Notes: generated by a model from the sequence alone, not told the origin. 36,821 nt of DNA from Dirinaria sp. TL-2023a (GCA_051941275.1 JAVEBF010000060.1:1-36821); one strand, 5' to 3'. Positions 24,008 through 35,979 are shown, numbered from the stretch's first letter. Numbers and translations: made by a program.

Positions 24008-26427
24008 TCACTCAGTCCATCCCAAGCCCTCCAGCTCCTTTCTCACTTCGTCCTCGGTTTCCATCTTCTTGATCTGTGTGCCTTCAAGTTTCTCTCCTCC
24101 TGCACGCCTCATCTTCAGATCATCGATTGCCCGCAACTTCTTCAGCAGTGCTCTAGCCTTTTTGTCATGGGATGTACCATTTGTGCTTGGGCTCGTCACT
24201 TTGACATTAGGGGTCTCTACTGGAGCTTGCTTTGAAGACGGTGTGGCCGAAGCAGGCGGCGTTGCTCTACTGTCGGTGGGTGCGCCATGCTGTTGCCGTT
24301 CCTTATGTCGCTGCTGTGATCGCGGCCGTGCATCGACGTTGCTCCTAGAGCGACTTCTTTCGTGTCCTTTTGCGTTGCGTCTTTCCGGACTTCGACTGGA
24401 ATTTGGTGTTGATCCGGGTGCGGTGCCGTTGACAGTTGGAGCAAGGCCGGTAGCTTTGTCGGCAGCGTCTTTTGCTTTCTTAGCTTCTCTTTTCTTCTTG
24501 TTTTTTAAAGCTGCCTTGGACAAATTGTCCTCCCCGTCACCACTGGGATGAACACCATCCGCTTCAGGTGCTGCTTCAGCACCCGGTACTTCTCGTTTCC
24601 TTGGTTTGCCGAAACCGTTCACGCCGCTCCCCAATGATAGACTGCCATTACTGACAAACGCTGCGCCACCTTCATCCTCGCGTTTGAAGGCCAGAGGCGT
24701 TACTTGACCGCGTGCTCCAGGTGGTCGATATGCTCCGGCCGGTTTTGACGGCGTCTTGACAGTACCGAGATAAGCCAACGCTGATGCATGGGGCGTCGGA
24801 AATGGGTGAAATGGGTCTCCCAAAGGATGTGTGGTCGGTGTCTGAGGCCGCCAGATAACATGGTAGAGCTCCTGCAGATCTTCATTGTACATCAGGCCTC
24901 CACTAACGTGCCATATTCGCACGCCATTATCCACGCGGAGCCGTGGGCTTGTAGTAGCAGTTAAGATATGCTTTCCATCAGGGCTCCATTCACAAACGCT
25001 CGCATTACTCGCTTCAATTGTACATATCTTTTTATGATCCTTTTCCAAATCGTAGACATCCATTTGACCAGCAAGATTACCAAAGCCAGCAACCAGCACG
25101 AAGCGTCCATGGGGCGAGAAAAGTATTGTGTTTCTTGGGGCTAAAGCAAAGCTATGTGTAGCATTCGCTCGCGTGTTAAATAAAGTTGTCTTTGCGGGCA
25201 TGTAGCCATACACGACTCCGAATTCTTTCGAATTGGGAGACCAAGTCACATCATGAATCGGGCCATCCTTGTCTGCTCTTACGTTAGTGAAGCTCTGAAA
25301 TCGTCCACGAAGTGAGACACACCTAGCTCTATTCTTGAGTCAAACCCTCCGTTTGCGCTCATGAGGTACAAAGTCGTCTCGCCATAGTAGCTCTTCCCAG
25401 ATCTGTCGACTTCGGTCTGGGCAAGTACGATCAGACTTGAGCCCTCGTCATTCCACTTGAGTTGAACTTTGTCACCTTTGAAAAAGGCCTTCTGTGAGAC
25501 GGCATTCTCAAAGTGTGGTACGTTAAACACCTTGACGGCCGCGGGTTGACCCTAGATGCGGGTTCAGCGTCTGGGGCGGCTTTGGTTTCAAGGGCTGTTC
25601 TACCTTCCGTTCTGGTACAAAGACCGCGATTGAGTGATTCTCACCAGGAGACACTGCGAAGTCCGTCACGCCTTCGACCCTTAAATTCTTCCATACAGTT
25701 CCCAAATCGTCGCTCTTGTAGAATTGGACCTCGTTTGTGACGACACGCGCACAGTAACGCTCGTCAAAGGTGTATTGTAGGTTCCAACCCGTCTGGGACT
25801 TTTGTACGTACCGCCCAACCACATTTTGCTCGTCTTCTCCGGAGTCTGCGCCCCCTTCTTCGACGACGGTCCAAACCTTCAGGTTTTTGACTGCGTCTCC
25901 GTCGTCGTCCTTGGATGGTCGCTGCCAGGTGATGATGTAGGTCCCTCGGGGCGAGAAGCCTAATTGATAGACATTCTGTGCGGGCAAAGTAGTGATGACA
26001 TGACCCACGGAGGCATCAATGACAGTTACTCTGGGACACGTCAGCCGGACATGGGCTAGTGGCGACAGGTATCTGTCATGGTAACCTTTCTGGAGACGCC
26101 CAGGCGAAGTACCGCCCCAACGGAGAATATGCACAGCATCTGAGATTTCCTTCCGGCCTGCGATCCTAATTAGCAGCGATACCCAAACGGCATTCCAATT
26201 ACGAGCACAAGTGTCGACCTACGTACCTCTGAAAACCAGGTAGTGATTCGTACAGGGGAGCAGCATCCACAACACCGATCCCCTTCAGCGTCCGGTCTGT
26301 GAATGAAAGTTCGATTAGTATTGCTGGCACTTGGTTGTGGCTATAGAGGCTAGTAGGTGGTTTGCTATTAATGGACAGTGCCTGGTATTCTTGATTGCTT
26401 ACATGCAAATTGAGTTGGGTTGGCCAT
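24008..26427 (-). CDS. eIF2A: Eukaryotic translation initiation factor 2A (eIF2A), 695 aa; exons 26427-26403, 26296-26227, 26157-26086, 26030-25604, 25551-25323, 25272-24008
   Basis: Motifs FSPRGTYIITWQR, KSYYGETTLYL, DKDGPIHDVTWSP, AGFGNLAG, ATTSPRLRVDNG, AYRPPGARG and the C-terminal KKLRAIDDLK..LEGTQIKK. Six exons sum to 2088 nt, in frame. Confidence 0.96.
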
Positions 26428-27083
26428 GACTAGTCAAAGTCACAGACTGAGATCATACAGGAGTTCGAGGACGGTGTTGGCTACAGTAGCTGATTGGGTC
26501 GCCGGGAAGAAGCAGGAGAGACTTGGGAAGAAGGAGGGTGGAAGACAAAGGGAAGCACTGCATGTTCAATTGAAATGTACTTTATCGATTTCAATGCGCC
26601 AAGCTTTTGCTGTGAAGCGAATTAATGCCGAAGTGAGATGTCAATAATTGAAGCAAGATTACTAAAGTACCTGATCCAAGGTCCCCTCTATGACCTACCT
26701 TACCTTACCTCACACCTTAAAGATAACGCTGAAGTAAGGCGGGTACACAGAACATAACGTTTCTAGGGTCTGTTATCTGCTGACCCAAGCTATTCGAGCA
26801 ATTCGACGGCATTGTTGCACTGGTTTCAAACTACCTCATACAGCCATTATCATGCTTTTGATAATGAATTCAAAGTTCTGGATTGCATCTCAAGCACTTT
26901 CCCAGATTTGGGTATCTTCTACAATTCGCACAAAACCCCAGGACGTCAAGCCATACCTTAATGAACGAGCAAATGCTGAGGCTGCTGTGTGTTAGCCTGC
27001 CTGCAAAGTGACCCTAGCTTCCAGGAAGCCAAAGCTCCTTCTATAGGTCCAGTATACGCCACCTCGTGCAGTCGTCTCCTACC

Positions 27084-28056
27084 TTACTTGCCTTCGAAAT
27101 AGAACTTCCCCAACCCTTTTCCCTCATCAGGGCTGCGCATGGGATATCTACCACTTTCGCCTTCGTCCAATCGCTCCTTGATGATCATTTCTGCCTGTTC
27201 CTGTCCAGTCATGCTAACATCCCGTCCTCCACCCCGCCGCGGAGTGGTATCTATCGTGTCGCGACCGTGCGAGATACCGTCTAGCATAGCGGGGTTGCTC
27301 TCTTGCACCCCTTGCATTGGACTCGCACTATCAGGCCGACTCTGTCTCAGCGTTGTCGGACTGCCCACGCCGCCGCCGGATGCTCGAGCGCCAGCGGCTA
27401 TGCGCGCGGAAGCCGAGGTAGGCCCACTGATAGTGCTGCTTGCTGCCTCTCCAAAGCCAACTAGGCTCGCGTTGCCTTCATCGCTCATTCCGGCACTGCT
27501 ACTCACGCCATCATCCTGGTCTTCGCTCATCTTGTCTGCGTCATAAACGTCGCCTTCAGTGGTTCGACCGCCGACACTGCCGGTTGCAGACGCGCTTCCA
27601 ACGGTACTCCTCTCTTTCGCTTGAGGTGCAGTGGTGTTGTCGAAGTAGCCCAGAGGCGGTGGCGGTTGCGTGTGAGAGGCGCCCGAAGCCAGGTGAGCGG
27701 AAGCACCTCGAAGTGTAGCCACTCTCTCAAGCCCAGCCAGGCGTGAAATGCGGTCCGCCCTTTCGGCGTCAAGCGTGTTTGTGGAAGAGTTTGAAGCGGA
27801 GGAAGTAGTGTGCATGTGTCCATGGGAGGCTCCATGGCCTTGATGCCCGTCTTTGATCGCCGTCGTAGATAAGGCAGAAAGAGAAGTGGTGCCAGAATTC
27901 GGTGTACCTCTACGAAATTTAGTTTGTGTCGCAATACGACAGTAAACCACACGGGTGCGAGTATCTGATCGCTGGCAGAACTTACGGGCCCATGTCCGAG
28001 GGAGTAATCGGATCGGAAGGCGGAGGTGGCAGATTGATCAGTGTCGGTGTCGACAT
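27084..28056 (-). CDS. Conserved Pezizomycotina low-complexity hypothetical protein (tentatively RfeF-like), 298 aa; exons 28056-27986, 27909-27084
   Basis: MSTPTLINLPPPPSDPITPSDMGP|GTPNSGTTSLSALSTTAIKDGH..DAERADRISRLAGLERV..ASLVGFGE..GLGKFYFE; intron GTAAGT..CTAAA..TAG. The RfeF name is from memory only. Confidence 0.8.
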
Positions 28057-28906
28057 TTTCAGACTCGAGACTTATAGTAGACTCGATGAGATCTTCGAAG
28101 CCGAGTGTGAATGGGTTTTCCGTTACTTTCTTAACAGACCTTAGAACAAAGAACACAGAACGTGGCAAAATCTAGCACGGATAAGTCAATTAAGACGAGC
28201 TTCTCAAAGTCGAGAGATGTGTTTCTCACTTTGCTTGTCTATAATTGGATGAAGTCTGTGAGCGGAAACATGCTTCGGGCTCTAGAGGTGATTCAGAAGC
28301 GTCCGGTGTGAAAGCGGCGCACTTGTTCTGTAGTTGTGGATAGTTCTGGTTGTTTATGACATTGAAGGTTGAATTCTTGGGTACTCCGTAAGGTAGTTGC
28401 AGCAACAAGCTCAGGGAAAGTGGGGGTTGAATAAGGTAGGATTACCTAAGTAAGGAAAGGTCGGACTAGGTACCTTAGGTAAGGTAGGTACCTGAGGTTT
28501 CGGAGTTCTATGAAACTCAGCCACATGAGCCACATAAAAAACTCCACCGCCACACAGCCCACTACTCCAAGGCTACCATGCTTTTTGGCTCCTCCGGCTT
28601 CCCTCCTCGCGGCGCCTCTACCCTACCTTTCTACCTTATATCTCCCACAAACCATCTCCAAGTGCTCCACTCAACCATAGCATCCAAAGGATTGAGAGGC
28701 ATCTCTTCAGAAAAAGTTAATTTACCGAGAGCATAACCTTCGGGTGAAGATTCGTACTTGCTAAGCCCTTATTACTTGGTAAAGTACTACTGTTCACAGG
28801 AGTTGTTATGTTGCAGCCTACTTAGGCTCATTGCTTCAAAGACCGGATTTTTACGAATGCTTACATGTAAAATAAAAAGTCCCAGCACAGTCTCCACGAT
28901 CACATC

Positions 28907-31900
28907 ATGCTCCCTCCATTCCGGATCCGCAAATTAGGCCCTTCTGCGCCTACTGCTTCTCGTGCATCGCACGGCAGCAGGCTGGTCCCCGATGAGGATC
29001 CTCTACTACGCATAACTGCGCCCCAGTATGACAGTACTATCTCAGATTATCCAGATGCTAAGCTACGATATGTCGATGATGACGATGGTGAGATCGTGAC
29101 TGTAAGCGCAGCCTTCTATTGCTCGGGTTCGATCTGACTCGCCAAATCCAGGTTGGTACCTCACTTGAACTTTCTCAACGCCTTCAGGAACCTCTATCCC
29201 AGCGTCTCTATCCACAACAAGAACACCACGTATTCGATGTTAACCGCAAAGAGGCTTCCGTCAAGGTTTGGCGCTCACTGGCTGAACAAGAAACCAAATG
29301 GGGTTCTGTAGGACGCCTCATTTCAGCGGAATGCGGCCATAGCATATTAGGCCAACACTCATCCCGGTCATTGGGACCGGACGCTCCGAGAATCTGTACG
29401 CCTACGGCAGTTGCTCGAGATCAGGAAGTCGACCATACTTCAATAGAGAGCGAAGTCGAAGACTATCGTAAAAAATACATCGAGGCTTGTAACCCGCCCC
29501 AAGTCATTCCTTCTCAAAATATCACGCCGGCACTTTTCAGAAGATTTGATACAACGAAGCACACTTCCCGAGCAATCTCGAATTGTGCCACCGATCCAAG
29601 AACGCTTAATCTTATTGCAGGACCAGCGAGCCTTACCCCTGAAGGCCAACGCCAGGTAAGTAGAAGCGTCCACCTCGCATGTCATGCGTCCTAGGACCGC
29701 AAGCTTACGACTTCAAAGGCTCAGGCGGCCGGTGACCGGATGCGAGCATCCCGATATTCAAGGCGCACAGTGGCTGCTCCTGAACCCTCACCATTAAACT
29801 ATCAAAATCGCTGGGCAAGCTACAATCGTTCAACCTCATGCTTTGGCGTCGACAACAGATTGAATTTTTTCGATCCACTAGCCGGCGGCAGTAGCGGCAG
29901 GAGACAGGTAAGTTCTCATAAGTTTTCCGCGGACGGCCCTTCCCAAGTTCCATTAAATGCAATATTGATCAGTCATAAAGTGACTGGCACATAATTTTTG
30001 GAGCTTGGCTCATGGTGAGGTCCTGAGGAATCAAATTTGTCGTTGATTCGAATATGTGGGCAAAAAATTAGCGCAAAGCAAGAATGATCGCTGCAACTTA
30101 TCACTGGATAAAATGGCTTCTTGGCTGGTATTTTGCCATGACATTTGAGCCATGCGATCTGCCCTCTGTCGTCGCTTCGCGTCCAAATAATCTCATTTTA
30201 AGCGCACTTTCCTATAAACTTGCCTCTTCAAAAAGACCTTAGTAACCTCGATAATAGGCACAGGCTGCTGGTGATGTAATGCGAAGCCAAAGAAGCTGCG
30301 TCAGGCAGCCTCCATCCAAGTCAGACGTGTGCAGTCCAGCAATGATAGATACCAGGAACTTGGCGAATACTGGTCGTCGAAGTGTCCACTTCGACGTGCC
30401 GAATGCTCATGCGACCAGCACAAGCGGATCTTTGGCGACCGAGCCGCCAGTGAAAAGCGTCCAGTCTCAAAATCTACTAGAAGTATTCGAATCAGAATTC
30501 TGCAAAAACACAACTGAGGGAGAACTTGGAGGAGTCGCTCCAGATCAAACTTTTTCTTCGCCAAACGTCGATATATCGACACTCCCAATACGAACTCAGA
30601 ACCACACGCCTAGCACGCTGTTTGAGGGGCGAAATTCAGCGGAGTTAAAAATAACGAATCCGTCAGCAAGTACACCCTCGGGTCAGGAAATTTTACCCTC
30701 CATTAAGCAGTCAGTCGACGATATAACCAGTGTAATATCACACCTCCAAACACAAGCACGCTCTTCTCAGGTGGATATTCCAGCACAGGAGATGGCTTTA
30801 GGCCTCGAGAAAGCTTTGAATTGTGCTCTTTGCGAACTGAAGCTATGTCTGAGCAAGATCGCGGAGTCCGCCCAAGATGTTACCAAGTTGGCATACAGTA
30901 AAAGCCAGCACCGTAGCAATCAACAGACCGAGGACACGTTGCAGCCGCGCCATAGCTTCTCCCACAAGGCCACCGCTTCTCCGCGAATAAAATCGTGCCC
31001 GCAGTGCTCATCAGCGAATAGAACCGTTAGGAAGTCTTGCAAAATGTCTGGAGCGTCATTGCAGGAGTCGCCAATTGAGAAAGCTATCAATGCAGCATCC
31101 AACCTGGATCTGAGCATCTCGCGGAGTTGTGAGCCTAGCCGGAATCAAAAGTTTCGCCCTAAGGCGGACTCGTCAAAATCAGGATTGGAATTTTCAGATC
31201 CCGAATCCATTTCAGAGGCAACAGCTAGAGCTGGTCTGCACGAACAAGAACCAACACAAGACTTGCCTGTATCTTTGTCTCTCGACCACGACCTACCGAT
31301 CACCAAAGAACACACAGCGATCAATAATGACTTGAACTCAGGCATACATTCCTCTGGTAGCTTTACTCTTGACCAAGGAAGTTCGGCCGAACTCACCAAT
31401 GAATACCCAACAAAATCCCTTGGCTCTAGCTTCCGGGAAACAGATGGCGGTCCTTCACAAGTCTTTCCGTCGTTGCCAGGCATGAAGCCTTTAGTACCTT
31501 CTCAGAACGTCCAACCTTCAAGCGAAGATTCAGTAGTTAGAGTTGATTCTTATGCTTCTTTGGATGTCGCGGACCCTTTGCCAAGTAGGCTTCCCTTTCC
31601 CGAAGCGCCGGTCCGCAAATCCCAGGTAGCTGGATCGAGTGACAAGTACACAGAAAGCAGCCGCCGACCCTATTCAACGGACTTCGATGGCAGCGGCAGG
31701 ACGCCATATTCCTCTTCCTTGCAACAGAGATCCGTTGATGTCGAAGGATCATCAGCGAACGACGCTCGTACCATAGGCAGCCGGCCAGATTCGTTGCAGC
31801 TTGGAGCGCAAAACGGCCATTTATCAGCGTTATTCTCGCAAGACATCTACGCTGCCGAACACACCGATGTTACGACGGCTAGTAAGGTACAAAGGTGCGT

Positions 31901-32048
31901 GGAGCAACTGCGAAAGCTCGGTTTTGGCAGCGATGCGGATGGTAGTATGCAGAGGCTCGTGATATATGCTCAGGCTGCTGACGGTGATCTTGTTGAAGCC
32001 ATTGACATAATTGATGAAGAGCAGCGAGCATATCGACAAAGATGCTGA
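28907..32048 (+). CDS. PB1-like N-terminal / UBA-like C-terminal protein, ~892 aa; exons 28907-29101, 29152-29655, 29719-29907, 30258-32048
   Basis: The N-terminal LRYVDDDDGEIVT|VGTSLELSQRL is an acidic OPCA-type PB1 motif. The C-terminal VQRCVEQLRKLGFGS..LVIYAQAADGDLVEAIDII is UBA-like. All junctions are phase 0 with GTAAGC/GTAAGT donors. Joining across the 350-nt third intron is inferred. Confidence 0.7.
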
Positions 32049-32462
32049 TCAAAACATAAATAAATGGGAAGAGTTCAATCATGTGGGTCTGCTTAAGGCA
32101 ATAATTAGGTAGTCATGCCTACTTGGCGCCCAGACCCTACGCCCTACCTTATGCTTCCTTGTTCTTCGATGCGTTTACATCATTGAAATAGTCAAGAGCA
32201 GTGGGCTACAGTCCGACTTGTTGATGAAGTAAGTTCATCAATATGATCAGTCCCAGTAAAAGGCCATATTAAATGCTTGAAACGGCTGCTTGCGTCCAGA
32301 CTAACGCAATTAAACGCTTTAATATTAATATCTATAGGAAGTAGAAGAGCAACTACTTTACATGAGAGTGAAACTAGAGAGCCGAGGGCCGAGTAGCCAG
32401 CCCATCGCTCGATTGTAGTATCTCTTCATTAGCAATACCCTCGTTGGGAATTTACCGCATGC

Positions 32463-34906
32463 TTAAACCTGCGTACAAACACCTACCGGCCAAGTTCCGG
32501 GAGGGTAGCAGTTGGTTTGGAAAGAGCGCAGGCTATAAGTACCGTTGGGGTCATCATTGAGATCCGTGACGAGATCGATCCGATTTCCAGGTACGACTGT
32601 ATTTGGCGTATTGAAGTCGTAGGTGACCGCCTGCGCAACATGCATCGAGTCGAATCCCTGGGCCCCGATGGTGACATTAGCTCCTCCATCCCCGCAAGAA
32701 AAGTAGTAAAGCTCAGCCAATCCGACGGCGTCGCTATCGTAGACAAGTATAGCGTGATAGAATTGTTGATCATTGCTGTCGTCGTCGTAAGCAGTCAGAA
32801 TGTATTCAACCGATAGCTGTGAGTTCGCCCCATAGTGGTCGATCTGGTAATAGATGCCTTGATTCCCAGCGGTGCGAACTATGAGGTCTTTCCAGAAAAC
32901 GCAGATCGAACCGGGGGGTAGCGCGGAGGCATATAGGTTTGTATGGATATTATCATTTCCCACGTTGGCGAGACCGACAACGAAGAGCTGTGGTCATGAT
33001 TAGACAGATCGCTATCAAAACACGTTCCGGAGCATTTGGTGTGACTTACACCGTTAGTAGAAACGGTGAAATTCTGGCTCCGCTGTTGGTATATTTCTAT
33101 GGGAAAGCCAGCAAGACTGGCCCGTGCGACGTCGTCATATTCATCGGAGATATTTGGGTTGGTAACGATTGCTGTAGGTTTTGACAGTCTAATGCCTGTG
33201 GTATAAGTATAGCTTGAGGCTAGTGACGCGCTATTGTTTGCACCCTGGATGATGGATGTCGACGTTGGCAATTGACTAGCAGATGAAAAGTTGGTGGTGC
33301 TATTGAAAACAAATTGACTGCTCGAAGTCACAGCTGGCGAGGACAACGTCGTAGAAGATGCTACTGAGGACGTTGGGGCCGTCATAGACTTTGTGGAACT
33401 AGTATTGAAAGTAGAAAGAGTCATACTTAAGCCGCTGCTGATTCCGCCCAAGAAGGGACTGGGTTTGGTGGGTCCGCTGAATGGCGTCGATGAGAACAGT
33501 GATATGTTAGCAGATGAGTTCGCTTGCAGTGATAGGCTATTTGCTCTCGGTAAAGAAGTGGACATAGCTTTGGATCCGTTTGTAGCATATAAGACTGCGA
33601 TTGAGCTTGGTCTGGGCGGTATAGTTGCATTGTGATCCGAAGAGGCGGGAGGAAGACTCTGAGTAGGATTCTGACTATTTGCCGGATGGCTTGTATTGAT
33701 GAGGGTGACTGAATGAAAAGAGCTTCGTAGGGGTGCTTGAATTAGAGACTACTCATTCTAGACATACGATCGGCAGGAAGCTCACCTAAGGGAGCTCGAC
33801 GAGAATAGAGAAGTATTGAGACCGAAAAGCGCTGTTGTGAAATTTGAAAGTGGTGAGTTCAAGGATGACACGCCATAGCCAGCAGAGTTATATTGAGTTA
33901 CTAATAAGGACGATTCATTTAAGAGCTTGGCCTTATGTGTAGAGGCGCTTGTTCGCAGCGCAGGAGGTGGGTTTGTTATACTGCGGTTAGTCTTTTTTGA
34001 GGGTGAAGACCAAGAACTCAAGCTGTTGGCCGCAGTATCGATTATGTTACACGAATAGTTCCCTGTCCAATATTTATTATTAGATTTCCATCGTTCGTGC
34101 CAAATTGCGCTTACCTGCGGAGACCGCCAACAATTTTACCGGGACACAATCTGGAGGAGTGGAGCCGTTGAATACTGCCAAAATTGTATCATTGATGGCA
34201 CAGAACTTCGCAGCTCCGCCATTAAAGGCTCGATTATTCCAGGCCAGATAGCCATTGGCGATAGTGAAGTTCGTATTCATCATTCCAGTCGACGACGACA
34301 CTGCAAAGAGGGCATCTATGAGGTCAAGCTCAGAAACTGATGCCTTTTAGGACATTGTTTGATGAAAAGAACGATTTCAAAGTAGTGATTCCATCTTTTG
34401 CCAGAAGGAGTATTCGATTGGGACAGAGCAAAGCTCGAAATTACATAAAACTTACAAGGCATGTTAGGCGATGCTGAAACCCAAAGGCCGTCACTGGACA
34501 GCGAATCGTTCAGTAGAGTAAATACTGTTCCAAGTCCACATATCGAAGTCTGCCGGCCGTCCTCGCCGACGTAGGACGTCTCATTCTCCAGTGCACGTGA
34601 AGCTAAAGAGCTCAGCGACCTAACCACGAACATATAACGCTTGCCTTTAGGAACAGCAGAGATTACAGTAGGCATGGAAATAAGACCGTGTGGAGGGGCC
34701 GGCTGGCGGAGGTTCACTGCAGAAAATGGTGTATCTAGCTTGCTCGGCGCCATCGATAGAAATTGAGGGTTCGCTTGCTCGTAGTTCACAGAGCTGGCGC
34801 CTGGTACACATGGTCCTGTAGCTACTCGCAATGTCGCAACTGTACCAGCAGTGCTACCACCAAGATTTAAAAAAAGCGCTACAGCGAGAGCCCTGCCAGC
34901 CATCAT
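32463..34906 (-). CDS. Secreted Ser/Thr-rich (cell-wall/adhesin-like) multidomain protein, ~708 aa; exons 34906-34456, 34315-34115, 34062-33786, 33722-33050, 32987-32463
   Basis: Signal peptide MMAGRALAVALFLNLGGSTA; a Cys-containing beta domain (C..FTL..LAWNNRAFNGGAAKFC..DCVPVKL, DUF7908-like from memory); a long S/T linker with many N-x-S/T sequons; and a C-terminal beta domain (FPIEIY..VSTNG..FWKDL..QGIYYQ..DGGANVTIGAQG). No GPI tail or TM segment evident. Exons sum to 2127 nt. Confidence 0.75.
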
Positions 34907-35979
34907 TGTCGATTTGATGCGAATTTTTCTGGGTGTCGCGGGCCGTGGCTCGCAGTTGAGATCAAGCAGTTTTTAATTCTGGAATGCAAGAGACAGCAAA
35001 TTAGGAATGCGGAGTCCTGAGACAAGTCATGTACTTAGATAACCACAAAGCGAACGTTGGAAATCAACATCAGATTGTCAAGAGCCTTTACATTACCCCA
35101 GGAATTTTCTTTAGTCGGGTGATTTCACCTATACTTACAAGATGGATTTCCATGGCTTTTGAAAGATGGGCGAGACGTTTGTCCTAATTAGTAATTTCCA
35201 TATTCGCTTTTGACGAGAAATCAAGATCTCTGTTCACTAGCAGCGAGTGTTCGAAGCATTAACATACGGCCTTAGATGGTACTACCGTTTCATATCATAA
35301 CGTGCAAATCGTCAATATCCAGACCCACCATCGAGCGCATTCCACTTAAAAGCCAGATATTATACTCAAGAAACACAAAAAAGCGATGTAGTGGGTTTGG
35401 GCTCTTCCTGTCATGCAATGATGCATGGAGTTCAGGGAGAAGGTGCAATTTGTATGCAAGTGTTGGTCGTAGGCCCGACTGGTCAATTCAGGGTATTGTC
35501 GAAACGCTTTTTATCCAATGAACGGTTGTATCATGCGCCAATACCATCGACTGCAATATTAAAATCTGGGATGCAGTTTCATCTGAAAACGGTCCAAAAT
35601 TAACCAGATGACGCAAGGAGTCAAATTTGGCGAGCATTCGGATGACGGAATGCATTCCAGCACTTAAAAGGGCAGATGAGTGAAGGTCCATAGTCATCAT
35701 CGTTTGCCATAGGTATCTTCTTTCGAGATACACATGTGGCACTTTCTTCGCTCGAGGTGCTTCATCCGGTTCATCTAACCGGCGCACCCCCTACCTTAGG
35801 ACGGAGTAGGGGATCTACGATTACCTTACTTAACCGCGGATCCTCGTACCTGGATTCTTGGCTTCTTGGCTTCACCTACTTTCTTGGTTCACTTGCCTAC
35901 CTTAGCGAAGATATACGATTCCCTGGGACCGAGAAGGCGCGGTGGCTCCTGAAAAACAGTATAGACACCCTTTTGTAAA

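Noticed and set aside
22373..24551. Long antisense ORFs (22373-22987, 24003-24551) and similar ones inside POL2 and APC1
   Set aside because: They lie opposite well-supported genes and are typical antisense shadows.
27527..28168. 213-aa same-strand alternative-frame ORF overlapping the conserved hypothetical gene
   Set aside because: It starts at TTG, runs through the intron and has no recognisable motif; explained as a shadow frame of GC-rich low-complexity coding sequence.
35276..35978. Short ORFs upstream of the secreted-protein gene
   Set aside because: Mostly non-ATG starts and no recognisable domain; cannot be supported as genes or a pseudogene.
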